This document shows, piece by piece, positions 34,683 through 45,335 of a stretch of DNA of 64,000 nucleotides (its first letter is position 1; the number at the start of each line of letters is the position of its first letter). The stretch lies in assembly GCA_028876375.1 (NCBI GenBank), contig JAGWSB010000001.1:10233-74232 (forward strand), given 5' to 3'. The notes beneath the pieces are model-generated. The model was not told where the DNA came from. It made no database searches and saw nothing but the letters and a program-made list of their open reading frames with translations. The position numbers were made by a program, and so were the translations under genes. The stretch comes from Chloroflexota bacterium. Its GTDB lineage: Bacteria > Chloroflexota > Limnocylindria > P2-11E.

Positions 34683-35293
34683 GCCGACCGCCTCGAGGCC
34701 GCCGTGATGCGGAAGAGCGTCACGACGACGGAGCCGTAGACGGACCAGATGATCATCAGGACCACGGCCACGGGCCATCCGGAGAAGCGCGGCCACAGCG
34801 CCGCGAGCCCGGGCAGGAGCGCGGCGCTCGAGCCCGGGGACGTGGGCGCCTGGTTGAATCCGGGCAGCTTCACTCCCGCGCCCTGCGCATAGAGCTGTGC
34901 GCCCACCTGCACATCCATCGAGGCGGTCGCGGAGGACGGCGCGTGCTGCGCGTCGCCGGCGTAGACGGCGGTGAGCTCGATCGTCCCTTCGCTGCGCAGG
35001 TCGATCTGCGTCGACGCGATGCCCGCCTTGTCGGTCTTCGCGTCGGCGACGGCCACGTTGCTCGTCGCCTCGAGGAAGCCGAGCTTCGCGGTGAACGTGA
35101 CGAGGACCCCCTCGAGCGGCTTGCCCGAGGCGTCGGTGACCTGCGCCTGCACCTGGGCGGCCTCGCCGAGCTGCGCGCTCGCGGGGACCGCGATGCGCAT
35201 CTTGGTCGGCGCGGGGCCGGCCGCGGCCGCCACCGCCGGGGTCAGCGCGACGATCGCGAGCGTCGCCAGAAGGACCCTGAGCACGCGCTTCAT
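34679..35293 (-). CDS. secreted Ig-like-domain protein with a C-terminal membrane anchor (function unknown)
   Basis: 204 aa. It has a signal peptide MKRVLRVLLATLAIVALTPAVAAAAG, a roughly 100 aa beta-rich domain of Big/invasin type, and a C-terminal hydrophobic helix WPVAVVLMIIWSVYGSVVVTLF. It is ATGA-coupled to both neighbours. Confidence 0.6.
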   Translation of the reverse strand: MKRVLRVLLATLAIVALTPAVAAAAGPAPTKMRIAVPASAQLGEAAQVQAQVTDASGKPLEGVLVTFTAKLGFLEATSNVAVADAKTDKAGIASTQIDLRSEGTIELTAVYAGDAQHAPSSATASMDVQVGAQLYAQGAGVKLPGFNQAPTSPGSSAALLPGLAALWPRFSGWPVAVVLMIIWSVYGSVVVTLFRITAASRRSA

Positions 35294-36708
35294 GGCCGCA
35301 CCCCCTCGCTCTCCAACGCGGCGGCGGTCGCCACCGGGGCGAAGCCGGGTCGCACCTCGGGCCGCACGCGTCGCACGTCCGCCGGCGCCGGTGCGCCGGG
35401 CTCGGGTCCGCGGTGCTCGACGACCTCCCAGATGGAGATGATCGGGAAGACCTTCGCGAAGACGGAGATGATGAGCATGAAGAGCGCGACCGCCCCCGCC
35501 AGGATCGACCACTCCACCAGCGTCGGGAAGTAGTTGCGCGCGTCGTAGGCCATGAGCGGCACGCGGAAGCCCGGCACGACGATGAGGAAGCGCTCGATCC
35601 ACATCGCCACGAGGACGAGGACCGCGGCAACGGTGATCCCCGCGATCGTCCGCGTGCGCGGGTAGAGCATGATCAGCCCCGGGATGACCATCCCGCCGAT
35701 CCAGTAGTAGATGTAGGCCGGCGCGAACGGACCGGTCATCAGCTCGGCGAAGTGGAACGTCTGCCCGGACTCCATCTTGTAGCCCGAGACGACGAGCTCC
35801 TGCAGGTTGAAGTAGGCCATGATCAGCGTGAAGGCCGCGAGCATGTAGCCGAGGTAGAGGAACTGCGTCCGCGTGATCCACTCCTCGAGGTGGAGGAGCT
35901 TCCGCAGGACGGCCATGAGAATGATGATCGCCGCGATCCCCGAGAAGATCGCTCCGGCGACGAAGAACGGCCCGAAGACCGTCGAGTTGAAGGCCACGCG
36001 GAGGGTCATCGCGAAGATCCAGGAGACCACGGTGTGCACCGACACCGCGACCGGGATGATGACGATCATCATCGTGGTCATCGCGCGGTCGAGGAGCTTC
36101 CTCTGCTCCGGCGTTCCGCGCCACCCGAGCGCGGCGACCTCGTAGAAGACACGCCGCCAGCGCGGCGCCGTGGGACCCAGGCGGTCGCGCGCGAGCGCGA
36201 AGTCCGGGATGATCGGCAGGTAGAGGTAGAGGGTGCTGCCGGTCAGGTAGGTGGTGATGGCGAAGATGTCCCACATGAGCGGCGACTGCCAGCGCCCGTA
36301 CTGGAGGAGCCCGAGGACGCGGTCGACCCGGCCCATGTCGATGAGCGGGAAGAGGGCGCCGACCATGAGCGCGACGACCGTGATGAACTCGGCCATGCGC
36401 GTGACGGACATCTGCCAGCGCGCCTTGGTCACGCGCAGGATCGCCGAGAGCAGCGTCCCGGCGTGGCTGATGCCGATGAAGAAGACGAAGCTGATGATGT
36501 AGACGCCCCACGAGATGCGGTCGCGCATCCCGGTGACGATCAGGCCGTTGTTGAGCTGGGTCGCGTACTGATACACGGCCCACGCGATCACCAGCACGAG
36601 GAAGCCGATCCACGCCCAATAACGGGCGCCGGTGCTCCGAAGGGGCGCGAGGCCGCGCGTCTCGAGCCGCTCGCGCCACGCGGGGGGCACGTACGCTACC
36701 TCTGCCAC
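35290..36708 (-). CDS. NrfD/PsrC-family polytopic membrane subunit (quinone-interacting). The GTG start at 36708 is preceded by a GGAGGTG Shine-Dalgarno box.
   Basis: About 470 aa with 10 or more membrane helices and NrfD-like topology. It overlaps the ferredoxin gene by about 13 nt. Confidence 0.7.
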   Translation of the reverse strand: MAEVAYVPPAWRERLETRGLAPLRSTGARYWAWIGFLVLVIAWAVYQYATQLNNGLIVTGMRDRISWGVYIISFVFFIGISHAGTLLSAILRVTKARWQMSVTRMAEFITVVALMVGALFPLIDMGRVDRVLGLLQYGRWQSPLMWDIFAITTYLTGSTLYLYLPIIPDFALARDRLGPTAPRWRRVFYEVAALGWRGTPEQRKLLDRAMTTMMIVIIPVAVSVHTVVSWIFAMTLRVAFNSTVFGPFFVAGAIFSGIAAIIILMAVLRKLLHLEEWITRTQFLYLGYMLAAFTLIMAYFNLQELVVSGYKMESGQTFHFAELMTGPFAPAYIYYWIGGMVIPGLIMLYPRTRTIAGITVAAVLVLVAMWIERFLIVVPGFRVPLMAYDARNYFPTLVEWSILAGAVALFMLIISVFAKVFPIISIWEVVEHRGPEPGAPAPADVRRVRPEVRPGFAPVATAAALESEGVRP

Positions 36709-37565
36709 GGGATCGCACCTCCGATCGTCTTCTGCCATGGCCATTCGGTCGGCTTGCGCCCGGTCGTCGTCGGCTTGCGGCCGGCGAGCTCACCGTGTCC
36801 GGGGATGTAGTGGACGCGCGGCTCCGTCCCGAGGTCCTCCTTGAGCCGGTAGCCGTTGTTCTCCGTGAGGAAGCGCGACATCTTCACGACCTCGCTGCCG
36901 TTCGTCGCCAGGTCCTCCTCGAGGTCGCCGTAGTAGATCGCGCCGCGCGGGCAACCCTGCGCGCAGTACGGGAGGCGTCCCGCGCGCGCCATGTCCGGGC
37001 AGAAGTCGCACTTCATGACCGTCCCGCGGATCGCCGGCGTCTGGTGCTCGGGCGAGTAGTCCATGAACAGCGACTGCGGCGGCTGCGCCGGCGAGCCCCA
37101 GTTGAAGAAGCGGCGGTCGTACATGCAGGCCTCCATGCAGAGGCGGCAGCCGATGCAGCGCTGCTGGTCGATGAGGACGGTGCCCTCGGGCGTCGCGAAG
37201 GTCGCTCCGACGGGGCACACGTTCACGCACGGCGCGTTCTGGCAGTGCTGGCAGGGGGTGGGGATGAACTGCGTCCCCGCCTGCTCGGCGAGAGGCGCCT
37301 CGTACACCTGGATCCACTCCATCGGCTCGGGCGCGAAGTGGCCCTGGATGCACGCCTCCGTGCACTGCGGCGGCTTTCCGATGGACTGGCAGCCGTCGCA
37401 CTTGCGGAGGTCGATGACCATCGACCACCGCCGCAGGCGGCCGGGCGTCCCCGCCGCCGTCGGCGACGCCGTCGCCAGGCGCGACGACGCGAGCGGCGCC
37501 GCGACCGCGCCGACGGCGGCGACGGCGAGGCCGCGCAGGAGAGACCGGCGTCCGAGGATCCCCAC
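36696..37565 (-). CDS. Tat-exported 4Fe-4S ferredoxin subunit (NrfC/PsrB/ActB-type, four clusters)
   Basis: Twin-arginine signal GRRSLLRGLAVAAVGAVAAPLA. Four Cys clusters are present: CDGC..C..C, CQHCQNAPCVNVCP, CIGCRLCMEAC and CDFC..CAQGCP. The GTG start sits 2 nt after the upstream stop. Confidence 0.75.
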   Translation of the reverse strand: MGILGRRSLLRGLAVAAVGAVAAPLASSRLATASPTAAGTPGRLRRWSMVIDLRKCDGCQSIGKPPQCTEACIQGHFAPEPMEWIQVYEAPLAEQAGTQFIPTPCQHCQNAPCVNVCPVGATFATPEGTVLIDQQRCIGCRLCMEACMYDRRFFNWGSPAQPPQSLFMDYSPEHQTPAIRGTVMKCDFCPDMARAGRLPYCAQGCPRGAIYYGDLEEDLATNGSEVVKMSRFLTENNGYRLKEDLGTEPRVHYIPGHGELAGRKPTTTGRKPTEWPWQKTIGGAIPWQR

Positions 37566-37567
37566 GC

Positions 37568-38251
37568 TCAGCTCCCGGTCACGGTCAGCGCCGTGTGCAT
37601 CCCGTCCTTGTAGTGGCCGTCGATGTTGCAGATGAGGTCGTAGGGGCCGCCCGCGAGCGTGAGCTTGAGGGTCGCCGTCGCGCCGACCGCGATGTTCTGC
37701 GCCTGACCGAGGAGCCCCGGCTCCTGCACCTGCTTCGGGTCGGTCGAGCTCAGCGGAAGCTGATCCTGTGGGACGCTCGTCTGGAGCACGACCAGCTCGT
37801 GCGGCACGTACCCGGAGTTCGTGATGGCGAAGGTGACGGGACCGGCCGGCACCGACGAGACGTCGAGCTTGATCGCCGTGTCCGTCAGCGTGACGTGGAT
37901 GGTCCCGCTGAAGGCCTGCGTCGGAGCCGGTGCCGCCGTCGTCGGAGGCGGCGTCGCCGCGGCGGACGTGGCCGGCGCCGGAGTGGCCGCGCTCGTTGCC
38001 TGGGACGTCGCCGCCGCGCTCGCGCTCGCCGATGCCGCGGCGCTCGGGCTCGGAGACGCCGACGCCGCGGTGCTGGCGCTCGCCGCCGCCGTCGTCGCCG
38101 TGCTCGCCGCCGCCGTCGTCAGCGGCGCGGACAGGGTCGCCACCGGGCGCGCCACCGTCGCCGTGGGCGACGGCACGACGCTCGTACCGCCGGCACCGCC
38201 ACAGGCGCCGAGCAGAACGAGGCATGCCCAGAGCGCCGATACCTTCCTCAC
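37568..38251 (-). CDS. lipoprotein cupredoxin (type-1 copper) with a long Ala/Ser/Thr/Pro linker
   Basis: Lipobox LVLLGAC. A roughly 90 aa low-complexity linker precedes a cupredoxin domain with the HELVV....CNIDGHYKDGM ligands. A strong GAAGGAGGA Shine-Dalgarno box lies 8 nt before the GTG at 38251. Confidence 0.65.
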   Translation of the reverse strand: MRKVSALWACLVLLGACGGAGGTSVVPSPTATVARPVATLSAPLTTAAASTATTAAASASTAASASPSPSAAASASASAAATSQATSAATPAPATSAAATPPPTTAAPAPTQAFSGTIHVTLTDTAIKLDVSSVPAGPVTFAITNSGYVPHELVVLQTSVPQDQLPLSSTDPKQVQEPGLLGQAQNIAVGATATLKLTLAGGPYDLICNIDGHYKDGMHTALTVTGS

Positions 38252-38403
38252 GTTCGCGTGTCCTCCTTCGCGGACCGGCCGGATCGCCGCCGTCGTCATG
38301 ACCGCGACGATGGCGGCGAAGCGCGCCGCGCCGAAGGGACGGTGGGGCTGGACCCGCGCGGCGTTCGGGCAAAGACGCCCCGCCCGACGGGTGGCCTACC
38401 CGG

Positions 38404-38470
38404 ACTATCGGAACGGATGGCTATAGGGGCCGTCCGGCCGCCGCCCGGTGTAGGACGGCCTATCAGCCCG
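38404..38470. promoter_or_regulatory. candidate operator in the divergent promoter region between the respiratory operon and the two-component system
   Basis: Three copies of a CT(A/G)AT(A/C)GG-like heptamer are present: CTATCGG, CTATAGG and CCTATCAG. There is also an imperfect inverted repeat ATAGGGGCCGTCC ... GGACGGCCTAT about 18 nt apart. Confidence 0.3.
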
Positions 38471-38501
38471 GGCCGTTCGGCCTCACTCGGCGAGGCAGGA
38501 G

Positions 38502-39442
38502 GTGGGTAGCCTCGCGAACGACATGGGTGCGCTCCGCCTGCGCTGGATCGCGGTCGTGGTGCCCGTCATCGCGGTCGGCATCCTCGACCTCGTCACCGAT
38601 CACGAGTGGAGCGACATCGTGAACGAGCCGCTCAATACGCTCGCCGTCCCGGTCATCGTGCTGCTCGGCGCGATCCTCATGGCCGACGTCGCCTTCGGCC
38701 GCATCGACCGCCTCACCTCGGCGCTGCGCGAGCGCAACGCCGCCCTCGAGCAGCGGGAGCGCGAGAACGAGCGTCTCCAGCGGCAGCTCCGCGAGCTCGC
38801 GGTGCGCAGCGAGCGCGAGCGCATCGCGCGCGAGATGCACGACGGCCTCGTGCAGGTGCTCGGCTACGTCAACACGAAGGCGCAGGCGGTCGAGGAGCTC
38901 CTCGCCGTCGAGCGGCCGGACGAGGCGCGCCGACAGCTCGGCGAGCTCGCCGCCGCGGCCCGCTCGGTGTACGTCGACACGCGCGCCGCGATCCTCGGCC
39001 TCGCGGACCCCGTGAGCCTCGACCAGGGCGTCGCGTCCGCGCTCGAGGAGTACGCCCGCCGCTTCGCGGACAGCTCCAAGCTCGCCGTCACGATCGACGC
39101 GTCCGCCGCCGCACGTTCGACCCGCCTTGCGCCCGACATCGAGGCACACGTCTTCCGCATCGCGCAGGAGGCGCTGACGAACGTCCGCAAGCACGCGACG
39201 GCGCGCCGCGCGGCGGTGCGTCTCGAGGTCGATGACCGCCAGCTCACGCTCGCGGTCGAGGACGACGGGTCCGGCTTCGACAGCGCGTCGACGCCCGCAC
39301 CCGACTGGCCGCACTACGGCATGCGTGCCATCCGCGAGCGCGCCGCGGCGATCGAGGGGTCGGCGGAGTGGTCGAGCCGGCCGGGCGCCGGCACGCTCTT
39401 CCGGCTGCGACTGCCTCTCGGCGCCGCGCGGAGCGCAGCGGT

Positions 39443-39446
<4 letters not shown>
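38502..39446 (+). CDS. sensor histidine kinase, HisKA_3 (NarX/DesK-like) family
   Basis: Two N-terminal membrane helices with almost no extracytoplasmic loop, a coiled-coil, the H-box ERERIAREMHDGLVQ, and a HATPase_c domain (DDGSGF, GMRAIRERAAAIEG). Confidence 0.8.
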
Positions 39447-41862
<2,416 letters not shown>

Positions 41863-41968
41863 GCACGAGCCGCTTCGATGTCAGCATACCGCCGTCAGAC
41901 GCGCGCCCGACACGATCCGTCGCTCGTCGAAAGCGCCGGAAAGCGCGGCTTCGACCGGAAAGCGCGGC

Positions 41969-42523
41969 TCAGGCCGGGGTCGCCGCCGCCTTCCTCCGCA
42001 TCGCCTCCCCCATCGTGTCCGTCCCGTCCGCCCGCAGGACCACGACGAGCTCGTCCCCCGGGCCGACGCTGCCCTCCTCGACGATCCGCAGATACGCCCC
42101 CGGACGGCCCGCGGCGGTGAAGCGCTCGATGAAGCCCTTCTCCCCCATCTTCAGCTCGAGCTTCCAGCACGGCATGCGCGGGCCGGCCACCTCCAGCAAG
42201 GCGGTCCCGACGCGCCAGCGGTCGCCGACGCGCGACGACGTGAGGTCGAGCCCTTCGAGCGTCAGGTTCTCGCCGAAGGCGCCGGGCCCGAGATCGCGCC
42301 CGAGCTGGGCGGACCACCACGCGGCGTCCTCGCTCGCGTAGGCGTAGACGGCCTTGTCGGGTCCGCCGTGGCCCCCGCCCGACTGCACGTCGTCGCCGAC
42401 GTGGACCCCCCGGACCGGGAGCCGCTCCGCGACGGGCATCTTCCAGATGCTCGTCGCGACGAGCTCCCCGTTCCGCTCGACCATGCGCGGGTGTCCGATG
42501 TTGACCGAGAGGACCCGCGCCAC
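41969..42523 (-). CDS. MOSC domain-containing protein (YiiM-like)
   Basis: 184 aa; the VNIG..P and GENLT(L/V)EG blocks and the conserved Cys (PCWKLE) are typical of MOSC domains. Confidence 0.7.
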   Translation of the reverse strand: MARVLSVNIGHPRMVERNGELVATSIWKMPVAERLPVRGVHVGDDVQSGGGHGGPDKAVYAYASEDAAWWSAQLGRDLGPGAFGENLTLEGLDLTSSRVGDRWRVGTALLEVAGPRMPCWKLELKMGEKGFIERFTAAGRPGAYLRIVEEGSVGPGDELVVVLRADGTDTMGEAMRRKAAATPA

Positions 42524-42539
42524 ATCGGCAGCCTAGCGC

Positions 42540-43070
42540 CTATCGCGTCGCGGCCGGCTCCTTTTCGAGCAGCTTGAGCCCCTCGCGGATGAACGCCGGG
42601 ATGTCGCCGGGCTGCCGCGAGGTGACGAGGTTGCGGTCGACGACGACCTCTTGGTCGACGACGTCGGCGCCGCCGATCGCCTTGAGGTCGGCCTGGATCG
42701 TCTTCCACGCCGTGAGGCGCCGGCCCTTCTGCGCGCCTGCCGCGATGAGGATCTGCGGCCCATGGCAGATCGCCATCACCGGCTTGTCCTTCTCGAAGAA
42801 CGCCTTCACGAAGTCGACGGCCACCGGGTTCGCGCGCAGTCGGTCGGGCGAGAAGCCGCCGGGGATGAAGAGAGCATCGAACTGCTGCGGCGTCACGTCC
42901 GTGAACGCCTTCTCGACGGTCGCCGTCTCGCGGCCCTTGTCGCCCTTCAGCTCCTGTCCGGCCTGCAGACCGACGATCGTGACGTCGTGGCCGGCCTCAC
43001 GGAGCGCGTCGTACGGCTGCTTGAACTCGGAATCCTCGAAACCGTTGGCGAGCACGCACGCGACCTTCAT
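42540..43070 (-). CDS. DJ-1/PfpI family protein (type 1 glutamine amidotransferase-like)
   Basis: 176 aa with a nucleophile elbow AICHGPQIL and overall PfpI/YhbO block order. Confidence 0.8.
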   Translation of the reverse strand: MKVACVLANGFEDSEFKQPYDALREAGHDVTIVGLQAGQELKGDKGRETATVEKAFTDVTPQQFDALFIPGGFSPDRLRANPVAVDFVKAFFEKDKPVMAICHGPQILIAAGAQKGRRLTAWKTIQADLKAIGGADVVDQEVVVDRNLVTSRQPGDIPAFIREGLKLLEKEPAATR

Positions 43071-43519
43071 ACGGTCCTCCCCCTGTCGTGATCTCCGCCC
43101 AATGCTGCATCTCCCGTTCCCGGGCCGCCGGAGAGGTCGAGATCCGGCGGCGGATCGGGTGGCAGCACCCAGTGCAGGTAGCTCTTCCCCCACTTCGCGT
43201 GCTTGCCGTTGGCGTCGTCGGTCGCCTCGGCGAACGCGCGCTCGAAGCCGGTGAGGTCGCACCGCTCGAGCGCCGCGAGGACGGGCGCGATGCGCTCGGA
43301 CTCGAAGCGATCGAGGTCGTCGCGGTACTTCGGCCGGACGATCCCCAGGCGCCGCTGGATCCCGCGGACGCGGCGCGCGAAGTACGCCGCGAGCTCCCAC
43401 TTCCCGGCGCGCGCCGCGTGAGCGCACCGCCACCACGACTGGCCGACGAGGTACATGAGGTCGCCCGTGCTCGGAAGCGCCTCGCGGACCTCTTCGGGGG
43501 ACAGCTCCGGATCGCTCAC
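43067..43519 (-). CDS. hypothetical protein
   Basis: 150 aa ORF, ATGA-coupled to pfpI, with consistent GC3 bias. I recognised no domain. Confidence 0.45.
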   Translation of the reverse strand: MSDPELSPEEVREALPSTGDLMYLVGQSWWRCAHAARAGKWELAAYFARRVRGIQRRLGIVRPKYRDDLDRFESERIAPVLAALERCDLTGFERAFAEATDDANGKHAKWGKSYLHWVLPPDPPPDLDLSGGPGTGDAALGGDHDRGRTV

Positions 43520-43612
43520 GCCGCCTCCGCCGTCACGGCCGTAATGGTGCCCGACGCCAAGCCGAAAGCGCCGCCGGCGCCCGCTCGCACGCCGCCTGCA
43601 GGCGAGGGGTGC

Positions 43613-44371
43613 ATGCCCACCATCGTCGACCGCCGTGAGGTCGAGCGCCTGCTAGCGGCGGGAGCGCAGCTCGTGGACGTCCGGGAGCAAGAGGCGTATC
43701 GCGAGGCGCATATCCCCGGCGCGATCTCCCTGTCGCTCAAGGAGCTGACGGCTGAGCGCGCTGGGGAGGCGCTCCGACGCGACCGCACCGTCCTCCTCTA
43801 TTGCTGGGACTTTCAATGAGACCTTGCGCCACGGGCCGCGTGGCGGCTCGAGAGCCTCGGGTGCGTAGACGTCCGTTGCTACGCGGGAGCGCTCGCCGAC
43901 TGGACCGCCGCGGGTCGTCCGATCGAAGGCGCTTCGGCAGCGCGGCTCCGCGCCGCGGCTCTCGCACGGCGCGACGCGGCGTCATGCGCGCCGCGCGAGC
44001 GCGTCGCCGACGTCCGTCGGCGCCTGCGCGGAACGGAGTGGGACACCTGCGTCGTGCTCAACGACGAGCGCGTCCTGCTCGGCCGGCTACAACGGAGCGA
44101 CCTGGAACGCGCGGAGGACGACGCGGCCGCCGAGGACGCGATGCATCCCGGCCCGCTCACCTTCCGGCCCGACCACGACGCGCACGATCTCCTCCAGGAG
44201 ATGCGGCAACGGCGGATCTCGACGGCCCCGATAACCACGTCGGATGGCGTCTTCGTGGGGATCGTGCGACGCGAGGACCTCGAGCCCGCGCTCTCATCGC
44301 CGGGCGCCGGGATCGCGTCGATCCCGACGGAGCTCGCCTCCTCGCGGCACCGGTCCAGCGGCGCCTCGTAG
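43613..44371 (+). CDS. rhodanese-domain / CBS-pair fusion protein interrupted by one in-frame TGA at 43817-43819. It is either a selenoprotein candidate or a pseudogene. An alternative start lies at 43544.
   Basis: Upstream of the TGA the sequence reads IPGAISLSLKEL...RDRTVLLYCWDFQ. Downstream, in the same frame, it continues DLAPRAAWRLESLGCVDVRCYAGALADWTAAGRPIEG, which is the rest of a rhodanese domain. A CBS pair follows, and the reading frame ends at TAG 44371. Confidence 0.5.
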
Positions 44372-44379
44372 CCGCCGGA

Positions 44380-45300
44380 GGCGAGAGCCTGCTCCAGGTC
44401 GGCGGACCGCGCGCCCACCGCCTCCGCGCTGTCGCGCCGTACCGGCTCGACCTGACGGTCAGCGCGCTCCGGCGGCTGTCGACGAACCGCGTCGACCGTC
44501 TCACGCCCGACGGCCGCTATCTGCGCGCGCTCGGCGGCGCGCACCCTGTCGTAGCGGAGGTGCGGCAAGTACGGCCCGATCTGCTCGCCGTCACGCTCCA
44601 CGGTCCGGAGGTCGCCCATCGCGCCGCGCTCGCGACGGTGCGCACGATGCTCGGCGCCGACCGCGACCTGAGCCGCTTCATGCTGTCCGCCCGGCGGATC
44701 ACGTGGCTGGCACCCCTCGCGCGCCGCATGCGTGGGGTCAAGCCGCCCCGCTATCCGACGCTCTGGGAAGCGTGCGTGAATGCCGTGGTCTTTCAGCAGC
44801 TGAGCGTCGTCGCCGCCAGCGCGATCACCGCTCGTCTCGTCGCGAGCCTGAGCGCTCCGATCCGGCTCGAGCGAGAACGCCTCTACTCATTCCCCTCGCC
44901 CGCCGTCTTCATGGCGGCCCGCGATCGACCGCTGCTCGCGCTCGGGCTGAGCGCGGGCAAGCTCGCGACCCTCCGCCGCGCGGCCGACGCGATCGCATCC
45001 GGACGGCTCGATGCGTCCGCGCTCGCGCTACTCCCCAGCGAGGAGGCCGCGCGCGCTCTGCAGGGCGTCAAAGGCATCGGGCCGTGGAGCGCGGCGCTGA
45101 TCCTCCTCCGCGGCTTCGGCCGTCTCGACGTCTTTCCGGCCGCGGACACGAGCGTCGCGCGGAACCTCGCTCTCGTCGGCGGCGCTCGCGGCATCCGCGC
45201 GACCCTCGACGCGCTCGGTCCCGACCGCGGCATGCTCTACTACCACCTCCTGCTCGCCCGCCTGGGGTCGATCGGCGACCTCGGCCGCGCGTCGTCGTGA
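44380..45300 (+). CDS. DNA-3-methyladenine glycosylase II-like protein (AlkA N-domain plus HhH-GPD). I could not find the start; no ATG or GTG lies near the conserved N-terminus.
   Basis: AlkA_N-like YRLDLTVSALRRL..DGRYLRAL..LLAVTLHG, then an HhH-GPD domain with LQGVKGIGPWSAALILLRGFGRLDVFPAAD. Confidence 0.6.
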   Translation, partial: GESLLQVGGPRAHRLRAVAPYRLDLTVSALRRLSTNRVDRLTPDGRYLRALGGAHPVVAEVRQVRPDLLAVTLHGPEVAHRAALATVRTMLGADRDLSRFMLSARRITWLAPLARRMRGVKPPRYPTLWEACVNAVVFQQLSVVAASAITARLVASLSAPIRLERERLYSFPSPAVFMAARDRPLLALGLSAGKLATLRRAADAIASGRLDASALALLPSEEAARALQGVKGIGPWSAALILLRGFGRLDVFPAADTSVARNLALVGGARGIRATLDALGPDRGMLYYHLLLARLGSIGDLGRASS

Positions 45301-45335
45301 CCCGTCGCCCGTGGACCCGTCCCGGGCCTGACCAC

